IMG/VR virus record: IMGVR_UViG_2531839529_000006 | Direction: 5' to 3' (one strand) | From: a virus | Lineage: Duplodnaviria > Heunggongvirae > Uroviricota > Caudoviricetes | DNA: 23,465 nucleotides | Part shown: piece by piece, positions 1 to 8,099 of the stretch | How the letters are laid out: every line of letters starts with the position of its first letter | Position numbering within the stretch: position 1 is the first letter of the stretch | The notes under the pieces: model-generated | Database searches by the model: none | Told to the model about the DNA's origin: nothing | Seen by the model: only the letters and a program-made list of their open reading frames with translations | Translations under genes and position numbers: made by a program

Positions 1-474
1 TGGCATTTTCATCAACGCTTCAACGATATGTCCGTCGAATGTTGCCATGTCTTCCTGCAACAATTCCTGTGCGCTAATAACCATATCAACGGTGATGTTT
101 TCACATGTGTCGAACTTAACCATGACAGCGTTCTGTACTTCAGGGGCCAGCTTGTCAAAAGTGACGTTCATCGGATCGGATTCAGTCTCAACCGGGACAA
201 AGGAAGCAGACTCCTCATCCCAGCGGTTTTCCTGCATATATTCAGCATCCCAGGAATCGAGGGCAGGGCGGGGTATACCGGGTTTATCCTCGCAGACAAG
301 AAATTTATAAGCGCAGTCCTGAGCAGCCGGATAATGTTCCAGGAATTGCCAGTGAAATTTTGCGCGGGCGCGACGTTCATCACCGGCTTCAATGGCAGTG
401 GCTACAGCGACGGCACCTTCTTCCTTTATTGCCTGTTCGTCCGGAATGGCGGCGCAAATAAAGACTTTACTCAT
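1..474 (-). CDS. Hypothetical early-left protein, partial (3' end lies beyond window start)
   Basis: Minus-strand reading frame open from ATG at 474 to the window edge (begins MSKVFICAAIPDEQAIKEEG...); GAGG Shine-Dalgarno about 10 nt upstream. The plus-strand ORF 28..534 is its antisense shadow. No family recognised. Confidence 0.5.
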   Translation of the reverse strand, partial: MSKVFICAAIPDEQAIKEEGAVAVATAIEAGDERRARAKFHWQFLEHYPAAQDCAYKFLVCEDKPGIPRPALDSWDAEYMQENRWDEESASFVPVETESDPMNVTFDKLAPEVQNAVMVKFDTCENITVDMVISAQELLQEDMATFDGHIVEALMKMP

Positions 475-566
475 TTTGTTTTACCTCATTACAGATTTAA
501 GGGTGAACAAATCCCTGCCATTGCTGGCATATAAGAATGAAACCGGATATTTATTACGGAACTGTT

Positions 567-758
567 TTAAAGACCTGCCGGGATTTCGTTATTATCCTGG
601 TGAATAACTTTATCGACCGGGTAACAGTTACCGGGAATTTTCTGTTCGGTTGCTGCAGTCACACACTCCTGCATTGTCCTGTGAACACTGACTGCAATAT
701 CAACTGGCTCTCCGGAAACAAGAAAAACTGTCAGAACAAGTGCAAATGCTGTATTCAT
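567..758 (-). CDS. ydfD: YdfD-like small membrane (lysis) protein, 63 aa
   Basis: 63-aa ORF with hydrophobic N-terminus (MNTAFALVLTVFLVSG...). Its ATG overlaps the dicB stop in an ATGA arrangement, the same size, position and 4-nt overlap as ydfD next to dicB in the Qin prophage. Assignment is by synteny and size, not sequence identity. Confidence 0.5.
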   Translation of the reverse strand: MNTAFALVLTVFLVSGEPVDIAVSVHRTMQECVTAATEQKIPGNCYPVDKVIHQDNNEIPAGL

Positions 759-943
759 TGCCAGCATCCTTTTTGTATCGGACGTAAACGGGCCAGCATT
801 GAAAGAATGCATATTTTATTTAATAGCTCCCGTTCGTGTTTTCTCTTGTTAATGGCATCTTCAGTAAATACAGGGTTACTGATAGTGACACCAATTTCAA
901 AACAACCTTCAGACGTATTAACGTTTGGTAATAACGTTTCCAT
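755..943 (-). CDS. dicB: Cell-division inhibitor DicB (MinC-activating), 62 aa
   Basis: Translation METLLPNVNTSEGCFEIGVTISNPVFTEDAINKRKHERELLNKICILSMLARLRPIQKGCWQ is near-identical to E. coli K-12 Qin DicB as recalled from memory. Confidence 0.85.
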   Translation of the reverse strand: METLLPNVNTSEGCFEIGVTISNPVFTEDAINKRKHERELLNKICILSMLARLRPIQKGCWQ

Positions 944-1112
944 TATCGCGTCCTCAACAATGAATTTTGTGATGCGGTGCCTGGTGCCTCCAGGTGACGT
1001 TAACCAGTTAACAATTAACGCCGGATACAGAGAATCCACCCATAACACTGTTTTTGGTTTTAACTGTTCCGCGTGCGCTCAGCCGCATTCACCACATCAC
1101 AAAATTCACTTT

Positions 1113-1170
1113 AAAAAGGGCGGCAGAGCAGTCACGGAGTAAAACTGATACCGCCAAACGTCACCAGAAA
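1113..1170 (-). ncRNA. dicF: DicF small RNA (ftsZ-targeting sRNA) with intrinsic terminator
   Basis: Minus-strand sequence TTTCTGGTGACGTTTGGCGGTATCAGTTTTACTCCGTGACTGCTCTGCCGCCCTTTTT matches the DicF sRNA as recalled, including the GGCGG/CCGCC terminator stem and U-run. Lies just upstream of dicB as in Qin. Confidence 0.8.
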
Positions 1171-1502
1171 ATTGATAACAGAGGGCGTTGCAGCGGGGTT
1201 GTCACTTAAGCGTATGGTCAACCTGACAACCCGGTGTCCTCAACGGGGGAAGGAATAACCCCGCCATACTTACCGCCGCACCATTTCGCGGATTGCCACA
1301 ACCGGAAGCGCACGGTCGAACTAAATTTAACGACACCGTACAGAGAGACCAATTTCGCCGTGCGCTTTCGCGTTATGCCCTGACTTTTCAGGGACATATC
1401 CTTTCAGTAAACTGTCAGTGCCGGATGTTCACCCGTGTCCGGCGCACGCACTCCACCTGACCCGTGGAGAACTCCTTAATTACCAACCCTCAGGAGGGTG
1501 AA

Positions 1503-1781
1503 ATGGATAAAAAGCAAATTGAGGCCCTGCAATCTATTATTGAAAAACAAGATGAAGCTATCAGGATTCTTTCATATCGCACTGATATGATACTAAATAT
1601 GCTTTCTGCATTAACGGCTGCGCTTGGTGGTACAAAAACAAACGTATACCGCGAAGTTGTTATTCAACAGATAGATAAATTTGAAAAAACCATACCAGGT
1701 ATTAATGCTCATCTTGCAGAACAAGAGAAAGACCATGCTCTTATGGCAATTTCTTCAGTAGCTCTCCCGAAAGTTGAGTAG
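1503..1781 (+). CDS. Hypothetical coiled-coil protein, antisense to the early-left operon
   Basis: ATG at 1503 preceded by AGGAGG about 7 nt upstream; 92 aa (MDKKQIEALQSIIEKQDEAIRIL...). Its 3' end overlaps the convergent minus-strand gene by about 40 nt. No family recognised. Confidence 0.35.
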   Translation: MDKKQIEALQSIIEKQDEAIRILSYRTDMILNMLSALTAALGGTKTNVYREVVIQQIDKFEKTIPGINAHLAEQEKDHALMAISSVALPKVE

Positions 1782-2154
1782 TTTTAATTGTTGTTTTGAA
1801 ATAATCACTGCTTTCACATTTGAGTGATTTCATGGCAATCCAAATGCGGGCCTCTGTGCCTGCATTTGGTTCCAGTTGCTGTAGACGTTTTGCGTCTTCC
1901 AAAAGTAAGGCGATAATGTGTTTCAGCTTCTCATCATTTGCTTGATTCTTGTTTTCAGGCGAATTCTGTCCGCCGAATAGGCGCTTCTCTTCATACAGAC
2001 CTATAAAGGCACGACGCACGTTACCGGATATAGTATCGATGGTTTCTTTTTCTACGGTACTCAGGTCAAGAGTCGCCAGTTGAGAGCGAACCACATTCGA
2101 TGCCATTTCCTGGAATGGTACTGGTAAATCTTTAAATTCCATCGTCAACCTCAT
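1741..2154 (-). CDS. Hypothetical early-left protein, 137 aa
   Basis: ORF whose ATG overlaps the stop of the upstream gene in a TGATG arrangement, suggesting translational coupling. An in-frame ATG at 2142 with GAGG upstream is an alternative start. No family recognised. Confidence 0.55.
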   Translation of the reverse strand: MRLTMEFKDLPVPFQEMASNVVRSQLATLDLSTVEKETIDTISGNVRRAFIGLYEEKRLFGGQNSPENKNQANDEKLKHIIALLLEDAKRLQQLEPNAGTEARIWIAMKSLKCESSDYFKTTIKTTQLSGELLKKLP

Positions 2155-2387
2155 CAGTCAGTGTTTCTGGTTAACCAGCGACGCGCGCCAGCTTCAGTTT
2201 TAAACGTTTTGCTTCTGGTATACGTCATCGCGGTAAACGTGCCGTCCTGGTTGGGGAACACGCCACATACCAGAGATTCGTTGTTGCCAAGATTGAGCAT
2301 ATCCATGTTGACCTCATTTCCCCTTAACGCCGGGGTAGCGGAACAAAAACCTGCTGCATAGTTATTAAAGTTGAACCCTGCCGTCAT
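2154..2387 (-). CDS. Hypothetical early-left protein, 77 aa
   Basis: First ORF downstream of the leftward promoter/operator region; GAGG Shine-Dalgarno about 9 nt upstream of the ATG at 2387. Confidence 0.5.
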   Translation of the reverse strand: MTAGFNFNNYAAGFCSATPALRGNEVNMDMLNLGNNESLVCGVFPNQDGTFTAMTYTRSKTFKTEAGARRWLTRNTD

Positions 2388-2571
2388 GTTCTTACGCCTC
2401 GGGCTGGCTACTTAACCCCTGACCACTGCCTGGTAACTCGAAGTATTGCCCTGCATTCTGTGGGGCGGGGTGGGTTGGTATGAAAAGAAGGATACCCATA
2501 GGTATTTAAAAAGTAAATACCCGTGGGTAAATTTTTGCGGTGTCTTAACTGGTGACTAGTTGTTTGGTGAG
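2388..2571 (-). promoter_or_regulatory. OL/PL-like leftward early promoter with two operator palindromes
   Basis: Inverted repeats ATACC-CATA-GGTAT (2492..2505) and TACCC-GT-GGGTA (within 2516..2530). On the minus strand a -35 TTTACC (2531..2526) and -10 TAAATA (2508..2503) are 17 nt apart and overlap the operators. Confidence 0.5.
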
Positions 2572-2991
2572 CTATGATGCGTTTTGTGCTTTCTTTTTAC
2601 GGATTTCTTCGTAGATCATATTGTAATACTGTTTTTTCTCTTCAAGAGTTTTTAATAATTTATCCGCTTCACTTTCTGGCAGTTCGTCTAAGAGATCTAA
2701 AAAAATACGTTGTCGTGGCGTTAGAACCCTTGTTTCATAACTGGAGGCTGTGTTCGTTGATGATGAAACGATACCATCCATCCATCCCCGGGGTAACCCA
2801 AAGGACTCTTCGATAATCTCCACCATATCATCAGCGATCCGTTTTTTTCCCTTTTTCCCCTCTGGGTACAACATTCTTGATACATAAGAAGGCTCGCGCC
2901 CGATCTTTCTGGCCACGTTAACCGCTTTACCATCGCATTTCTCATCACGAATTTTGATGAGTTGCTGTCGTCTAAATTCATATTTGTCCAT
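2572..2991 (-). CDS. DicA-like prophage repressor (HTH, functional CI/C2 analogue)
   Basis: 139 aa with an N-terminal HTH (GKAVNVARKIGREPSYVSRM). The C-terminal segment LTPRQRIFLDLLDELPESEADKLLKTLEE resembles the DicA C-terminus as recalled. Divergent from a Cro-like gene, with operators on both sides. No Shine-Dalgarno; a TATTAT -10 sits about 7 nt upstream of the ATG. Confidence 0.75.
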   Translation of the reverse strand: MDKYEFRRQQLIKIRDEKCDGKAVNVARKIGREPSYVSRMLYPEGKKGKKRIADDMVEIIEESFGLPRGWMDGIVSSSTNTASSYETRVLTPRQRIFLDLLDELPESEADKLLKTLEEKKQYYNMIYEEIRKKKAQNAS

Positions 2992-3091
2992 AGGTAAATA
3001 ATAGATGCGATTACCGCAAGGTAAACAACCTGTGGGTATTGACTTTTGTTTACCTGTGGGTATTCTTTGCTGTGTTTACTAAGGAGTAGCT
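2992..3091. promoter_or_regulatory. OR-like divergent promoter/operator region
   Basis: Direct repeats ACCTGTGGGTATT at 3028..3040 and 3052..3064, each containing a TACC-N4-GGTA palindrome. Rightward -35 TTGACT (3039..3044) and -10 TATTCT (3062..3067) with 17-nt spacing, then AAGGAG SD (3079..3084) for the Cro-like gene. Confidence 0.6.
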
Positions 3092-3373
3092 ATGGAAGAA
3101 TTAAGAATATTTCTCAATTCTCTTTCGTCAGATGAACAGCGTATGTTTGCATGCGAGTGTGGTACCAGCATCGGTTATCTAAGAAAGGCATTGAGTAAAG
3201 GTCAAGTGTTAGGGGCATCGTTATGTGTCCTTATTGAGCGAGCCAGTAATGGTGAAGTTACACGTCAGCAACTAAGGCCTTTTGATTGGATGAATATTTG
3301 GCCCGAGCTGGAAGATACCAAAACGTTAACACAACCACTTTCTAGGAGCTTGATTCATGAAAATCAAGCATGA
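3092..3373 (+). CDS. Cro-like DNA-binding protein (YdaS/DicC-type)
   Basis: 93 aa, strong SD AAGGAG 7 nt upstream, divergent from the repressor. Motif pattern ...GTSIGYLRKAL...LIERASNGEVTRQQLRPFDW... is typical of YdaS/Cro-type phage regulators. Confidence 0.7.
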   Translation: MEELRIFLNSLSSDEQRMFACECGTSIGYLRKALSKGQVLGASLCVLIERASNGEVTRQQLRPFDWMNIWPELEDTKTLTQPLSRSLIHENQA

Positions 3374-3782
3374 ACACATCCGCATGGCGATGAATGTCTG
3401 GGCGCATCCGGACGGCGAAAAAGTGCCGGCTGCGAAAATTACCAAAGCGTATTTCGAGCTGGGAATGACGTTCCCGGAACTGTATGACGACAGCCATCCG
3501 GAAGCCCTGGCCCGTAATACCCAGAAAATTTTCCGTTGGCTGGATAAAGACACCCCTGATGCTGTTGAAAAAATGCAGGCTCTGTTACCGGCGATCGAAA
3601 AGGCGATGCCGCCTTTGCTGGTGGCCCGTATGCGTAGCCACAGTTCTGAATATTACCGTGATATCGTCGAACGGAGGGATCGGCTGGTGAAGGATGTCGA
3701 TGATTTTGTTGCGTCAGCGGTTGTTTTGTATGACCAGATGAATCGCGGCGGCCCGGCAGGGAATGCTGTGGTGATGCACTAA
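3357..3782 (+). CDS. YdaT/CII-like regulatory protein
   Basis: 141-aa ORF directly after the Cro-like gene, overlapping it by 17 nt; AGGAG SD. Position and size match YdaT-family genes of Rac-like immunity regions. Confidence 0.55.
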   Translation: MKIKHEHIRMAMNVWAHPDGEKVPAAKITKAYFELGMTFPELYDDSHPEALARNTQKIFRWLDKDTPDAVEKMQALLPAIEKAMPPLLVARMRSHSSEYYRDIVERRDRLVKDVDDFVASAVVLYDQMNRGGPAGNAVVMH

Positions 3783-3804
3783 AAGCACGGTGTTCGGGGG
3801 TTTT

Positions 3805-4767
3805 ATGAGCAGCAAGCTTCATGGTCTTGTCTGGGAAGGGTGCGCCTTCACCGGCATGATCTTATCCAGGGTGGCGGTTATGGCCCGTCTTGCAGACTAC
3901 AGCAATGACGAGGGCGTGTCATGGCCTGCCATTGAAACTATCCGGCGTCAGATCGGTGCAAGAAGTGAATCCACAGTGAAATCGGCTATTGCAGAACTGG
4001 CGAAAGAGGGCTGGCTGACGAAGGAAGAGCGTAAGGTCGGTGGGCGTAATGTAAGCAATATCTATCGGCTTAATGTGGAAAAACTCGAAGCAGCTGCGGC
4101 GGCGGCGCGTGAGTCATATAAACCGAAAAGAAAAATTAGCCCGGCAAAAAATGACCCGTTAACAGTTGACCCGTCAAATATTGACCCCTCAACGGTTGAC
4201 CCGTCAAATTTTGATGGATCAACTGTTGATAAAAAACTGCCGATTAGGGGGCCGATGATTGACCCCGATCCGTCAGTATTAAAACCTGATCCGTCAGATA
4301 AAAGATCTTCTTGTCCGGACGCTTCGCAACCGGACCCGCAGACGGCTGAACAGGATTTTTTAACCCGACACCCTGACGCGGTTGTGTTCAGTGCGAAAAA
4401 ACGCCAGTGGGGAAGTCAGGAAGATTTGGTGTGCGCACAGTGGATCTGGGGACGAATCGTGAGTCTTTACGAGCAGGCGGCCAGCTATGATGGCGAGATC
4501 ACTAGACCGAAAGAACCCAACTGGACAGCATGGGCCAATGACGTTCGCACAATGCGGATGCTGGATGGCAGAACTCACAGACAAATTTGTGAAATGTTTG
4601 GGCGTCTCCAGCGGGATTCGTTCTGGGTAAAAAACATCATGAGTCCGGCAAAACTCCGGGAAAAATGGGATGAACTGGTTATCCGCCTGGGGCGTTCGCC
4701 TGCGCAGCGTTGCGTGAATCACATTTCTGAACCGGACACTGAAATACCGCCGGGATTCAGGGGGTGA
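3805..4767 (+). CDS. Replication initiator (lambda O-like, N-terminal HTH) carrying internal origin iterons
   Basis: N-terminal winged-helix region (VSWPAIETIRRQIGARSESTVKSAIAELAKEGWLTKEE). The internal protein repeats DPLTVDPSNIDPSTVDPSNFDGSTVD are encoded by DNA iterons. A GTG at 3790 is an alternative start. Followed by a DnaC-like loader gene. Confidence 0.7.
   Translation: MSSKLHGLVWEGCAFTGMILSRVAVMARLADYSNDEGVSWPAIETIRRQIGARSESTVKSAIAELAKEGWLTKEERKVGGRNVSNIYRLNVEKLEAAAAAARESYKPKRKISPAKNDPLTVDPSNIDPSTVDPSNFDGSTVDKKLPIRGPMIDPDPSVLKPDPSDKRSSCPDASQPDPQTAEQDFLTRHPDAVVFSAKKRQWGSQEDLVCAQWIWGRIVSLYEQAASYDGEITRPKEPNWTAWANDVRTMRMLDGRTHRQICEMFGRLQRDSFWVKNIMSPAKLREKWDELVIRLGRSPAQRCVNHISEPDTEIPPGFRG
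4151..4230. repeat. Origin-like iterons inside the initiator gene
   Basis: Tandem 14-15-bp repeats: GTTGACCCGTCAAAT twice exactly (4166..4180 and 4196..4210), plus the variants ATTGACCCCTCAACG, ATGACCCGTTAACA and TTTGATGGATCAACT, followed by an A-rich stretch. Same arrangement as ori-lambda inside O. Confidence 0.6.
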
Positions 4768-4773
4768 CGTGTC

Positions 4774-5520
4774 ATGAAAAACATTGCGGCAGGCGGCGTT
4801 CTTGAACGTATCCGAAGACTGGCTCCGCCACATGTAACCGCCCCATTCAGAACGGTAGCGGAGTGGCACGAGTGGCAACTTGCTGAAGGCCAGAAACGTA
4901 GCGAGGAGATCAACCGCCTGAATCGCCAGTTGCGGGTGGAAAAAATTCTGAATCGCTCAGGCATCCAGCCGTTGCACCGTAAATGCTCGTTTGCGAATTA
5001 CCAGGTGCAGAACGACGGTCAGCGATACGCGTTGAGCCAGGCGAAATCTATCGCTGATGAACTGATGACCGGATGCACAAATTTCGCGTTTAGCGGAAAA
5101 CCTGGTACCGGGAAGAACCACTTAGCAGCAGCTATCGGGAATCGCCTGCTGAAAGACGGTCAGACAGTGATTGTGGTTACCGTGGCTGATGTTATGAGTG
5201 CCCTCCACGCCAGCTATGACGATGGGCAGTCAGGCGAAAAATTTTTGCGGGAACTGTGCGAAGTGGATCTGCTGGTTCTTGATGAAATTGGCATTCAGCG
5301 CGAGACGAAAAACGAGCAGGTGGTACTGCACCAGATTGTTGATCGCCGGACAGCGTCGATGCGCAGCGTGGGGATGCTGACAAACCTGAACTATGAGGCC
5401 ATGAAAACATTGCTCGGCGAGCGGATTATGGATCGCATGACCATGAACGGCGGGCTATGGGTGAATTTTAACTGGGAGAGCTGGCGTCCGAATGTCGTCC
5501 AGCCAGGAATTGCGAAGTAA
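4774..5520 (+). CDS. DnaC-like helicase loader / replication ATPase (IstB-like)
   Basis: Walker [16 protein letters not shown] and Walker B LLVLDEIG; 248 aa; immediately downstream of the initiator. Confidence 0.85.
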   Translation: MKNIAAGGVLERIRRLAPPHVTAPFRTVAEWHEWQLAEGQKRSEEINRLNRQLRVEKILNRSGIQPLHRKCSFANYQVQNDGQRYALSQAKSIADELMTGCTNFAFSGKPGTGKNHLAAAIGNRLLKDGQTVIVVTVADVMSALHASYDDGQSGEKFLRELCEVDLLVLDEIGIQRETKNEQVVLHQIVDRRTASMRSVGMLTNLNYEAMKTLLGERIMDRMTMNGGLWVNFNWESWRPNVVQPGIAK

Positions 5521-5542
5521 TTTTTACCGGGAGAAAAATTTA

Positions 5543-6304
5543 ATGGAGACTGTTTTTGACGCACTGAAAGCAATGGGAAAAGCCACATCCATAGAACTTG
5601 CTGCGCGACTTGATATCAGTCGTGAAGAAGTGCTGAACGAACTATGGGAACTGAAAAAGGCTGGTTTTGTTGATAAAAGCGCGTACACCTGGCGTGTGGC
5701 TGATAACAACGTTCAGCAGGAACAGCCAGCGCAGGCAGAACTGCCGGAAGAAATCACCACAGCAACAGTAGCGAAAATCTCAGAGTGCGATTTAACCGCG
5801 ACGATTGAACAACGAGGACCACAAACGGCTGATGAGCTGGCTACATTGTTTGGTACCACATCACGCAAAGTGGCTTCAACGCTGGCAATGGCAATCAGCA
5901 AAGGTCGTCTGATTCGCGTAAATCAGGGCGGTAAATTTCGTTACTGCATACCGGGCGATAATTTACCAGCAGAGCCGAAAGCAGCATCGGTAGCGGAAAC
6001 TGATGGTAAGGCCTTTCCTCATACCGCAGGTGTTGCGTTACCAGTACAGGAGGCTGCAACACAGGAAGATATTAAAACAGAAACTGTGGCGGACATTGTG
6101 CAGTCGCTGCCATCGTTTACTGAAACGCGAGCGGATGACCTGGTTTTACCATCACTGCATATGGCAAACCGCGAACTGCGTCGGGCGAAAAATCATGTCC
6201 AGAAGTGGGAGCGAGTCTGCGCCGCGCTGCGGGAGCTGAACAAGCACCGGGATATTGTTCGACAGATTACTGATTCTTCCCGCCGTGTTGTATCGGAAAA
6301 GTGA
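5543..6304 (+). CDS. Hypothetical protein with N-terminal winged-helix domain
   Basis: ORF with SD GGGAGA upstream of the ATG at 5543 (the ORF track starts it at 5492). N-terminus [41 protein letters not shown] looks like a winged helix. Confidence 0.6.
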   Translation: METVFDALKAMGKATSIELAARLDISREEVLNELWELKKAGFVDKSAYTWRVADNNVQQEQPAQAELPEEITTATVAKISECDLTATIEQRGPQTADELATLFGTTSRKVASTLAMAISKGRLIRVNQGGKFRYCIPGDNLPAEPKAASVAETDGKAFPHTAGVALPVQEAATQEDIKTETVADIVQSLPSFTETRADDLVLPSLHMANRELRRAKNHVQKWERVCAALRELNKHRDIVRQITDSSRRVVSEK

Positions 6305-6319
6305 TTGCCGGAGGCGCTT

Positions 6320-6751
6320 ATGGCAAAAGTATTTACACAAGAAGAGCGGGAAAAAATTAAAGGGCAGGTTGTTGAGCTAGTACGCCGGAGTGGGCGCGAG
6401 ACGTTACGGCAACTGGAAGCCAAGACAGGTGCGACAAGATATCTGATGAGCGTTCTCGCCAGAGAGCTGGTTGCCAGTGGCGATGTATACAACTCTGGTT
6501 ACGGGTTATTCCCGTCTGAACAGGCTCGTAAGGACTGGCAAAATGCCCGCAAAAAACTATCCAGGGCAAAGGTGAAGAAACCATCTGTGGTTGATCCGGA
6601 CCTTATCTGGTCATTACCAGACGGAGAAATACGCCGCTACGACAGGCGTCTGAACATAATCTGTCGCGAGTGCCGGAAGAGCGAAGTTATGCAGCGTGTG
6701 CTGGCGTTTTATCAGAATGGTTTTCGAGAGAGGCTTGGAGATCAGGGATGA
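6320..6751 (+). CDS. Hypothetical protein
   Basis: ORF with GGAGG SD about 6 nt upstream of the ATG at 6320; last gene of normal GC content before the AT-rich cassette. Confidence 0.55.
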   Translation: MAKVFTQEEREKIKGQVVELVRRSGRETLRQLEAKTGATRYLMSVLARELVASGDVYNSGYGLFPSEQARKDWQNARKKLSRAKVKKPSVVDPDLIWSLPDGEIRRYDRRLNIICRECRKSEVMQRVLAFYQNGFRERLGDQG

Positions 6752-6944
6752 ATAGAACGATGAAGGATGGAAGCTACATATTCTCGGTACTAAGATTTAT
6801 TTTTCTGACACAAAATGACCATTTGGCGTTACATAATCCCAAAAAAACGTATCAAAAATCTCAAAATGCGTTACGATTAGAGAGTATTTTGATTCTGCGT
6901 GCTCATTTTTTGATTGCTGTGGCTTTTTGTTGTGGGAGTGTTGA

Positions 6945-8099
6945 ATGGATTATTTATCAGAAGTGTTAAAAATCATTGAAGGTGCAACAAAGGCAAATGC
7001 TTCGATGGCTAGTAATTATGCTGGGTTGCTGGCAGATAAGCTCGAACAAAAAGGGGAGGTCAAGCAAGCCAGAATGATAAGAGAAAGGTTGCTTAGAGCT
7101 CCCCAGGCGTTGGCAGGAGCTCAAAGGGCTGGAGGTGGGATATCTCTGGGCTCATTACCGGTAGATATTGATAGTCGACTCAACACTGTTGATGTCAGTT
7201 ATCCTAAATTAGACAGTTCAGAGATTTTTCTGCCTGCAGCAATCAGTACCCGTGTTGAAGAGTTTATCACTAATGTTCAACGTTATGATGAGTTTGTTAA
7301 AGCTGATGCAGCATTGCCGAGTCGTATGCTCGTGTATGGAAAGCCAGGAACAGGTAAGACTATGTTATCTAAGTACATCGCTACCCGCTTAGATTTTCCA
7401 CTTCTTACAGTGCGTTGCGATACTTTGATTAGTAGTTTATTGGGACAAACCAGCAAAAATCTTAGACAGGTTTTCGATTATGTAATGCAGAGGCCATCAG
7501 TGCTTTTTTTAGACGAATTTGATGCTTTAGCTGGAGCAAGAGGTAATGAGAGAGATATAGGTGAGCTTCAGCGAGTTGTCATTTCACTATTGCAGAATAT
7601 GGATGCGGCATCAGAGGATACGGTAATTATTGCCTCAACTAACCATGAGCAACTTCTGGATCCTGCAATCTGGAGGCGATTTAGCTTCAGAATTCCAATG
7701 CCTCTGCCTGACATACATCAGAGAGAGTTAATTTGGAAAAATCGTTTAAAGAATATGATATGTAGCGATCTAGATTTAAGTGATTTATCAAGAAAATCGG
7801 AGGGATTATCCGGAGCAATAATTGAACAGGTGAGCTTGGATGCACGTAGGGATGCAGTTATTGAAGGTGCAAGTGTGATAAATCACCATAAATTGTATAG
7901 GCGTTTGTATCTTGCGCAATCGCTTATGGAAGGTGTAAATTTAAGCACTTACGAAGATGAAATTCGTTGGTTACGTTCTAAAGATAAAAAATTATTTTCT
8001 ATCAGAGTTCTTGCTAATTTGTACAAACTTACATCAAGAGTAATTTCAAACATTCTGAAGGAGTCAGGAGCATATGAGCAGAAGGGGTACACAGTTTAG
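6945..8099 (+). CDS. AAA+ ATPase (classic AAA clade), 384 aa; first gene of a candidate defense pair
   Basis: Walker A GKPGTGKT, Walker B VLFLDEFD, sensor-1 IIASTNH and arginine-finger region AIWRRF are all present. GGGAG SD upstream. AT-rich codon usage compared with the flanking phage genes. Confidence 0.85.
   Translation: MDYLSEVLKIIEGATKANASMASNYAGLLADKLEQKGEVKQARMIRERLLRAPQALAGAQRAGGGISLGSLPVDIDSRLNTVDVSYPKLDSSEIFLPAAISTRVEEFITNVQRYDEFVKADAALPSRMLVYGKPGTGKTMLSKYIATRLDFPLLTVRCDTLISSLLGQTSKNLRQVFDYVMQRPSVLFLDEFDALAGARGNERDIGELQRVVISLLQNMDAASEDTVIIASTNHEQLLDPAIWRRFSFRIPMPLPDIHQRELIWKNRLKNMICSDLDLSDLSRKSEGLSGAIIEQVSLDARRDAVIEGASVINHHKLYRRLYLAQSLMEGVNLSTYEDEIRWLRSKDKKLFSIRVLANLYKLTSRVISNILKESGAYEQKGYTV

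Noticed and set aside
28-534. Plus-strand 168-aa ORF at the left edge
   Set aside because: Antisense shadow of the better-supported minus-strand gene (ATG at 474 with SD); odd composition and no start context.
537-1142. Plus-strand 201-aa Cys-rich ORF
   Set aside because: Lies opposite the dicB and ydfD-like genes and the DicF sRNA, which are strongly supported; Cys/His-rich low-complexity translation is typical of a shadow frame.
1741-2387. N-like antiterminator among the first early-left genes
   Set aside because: Neither the 77-aa nor the 137-aa protein has the arginine-rich N-terminal motif of N proteins; the DicA-type immunity context also argues against it. Left as hypothetical.
2574-2816. 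Plus-strand 80-aa ORF inside the repressor gene
   Set aside because: Antisense to the DicA-like repressor; no SD.
3439-3822. Minus-strand 127-aa ORF
   Set aside because: Overlaps the YdaT-like gene and initiator start on the opposite strand; proline/arginine-rich shadow frame.
4141-4260. Possible CRISPR-like repeat array
   Set aside because: Repeats are 14-15-bp iterons inside a coding region with no regular spacers; this is an origin architecture, not CRISPR.
4360-4878. Minus-strand 172-aa ORF
   Set aside because: Antisense to the initiator and DnaC-like genes, which have clear motifs.
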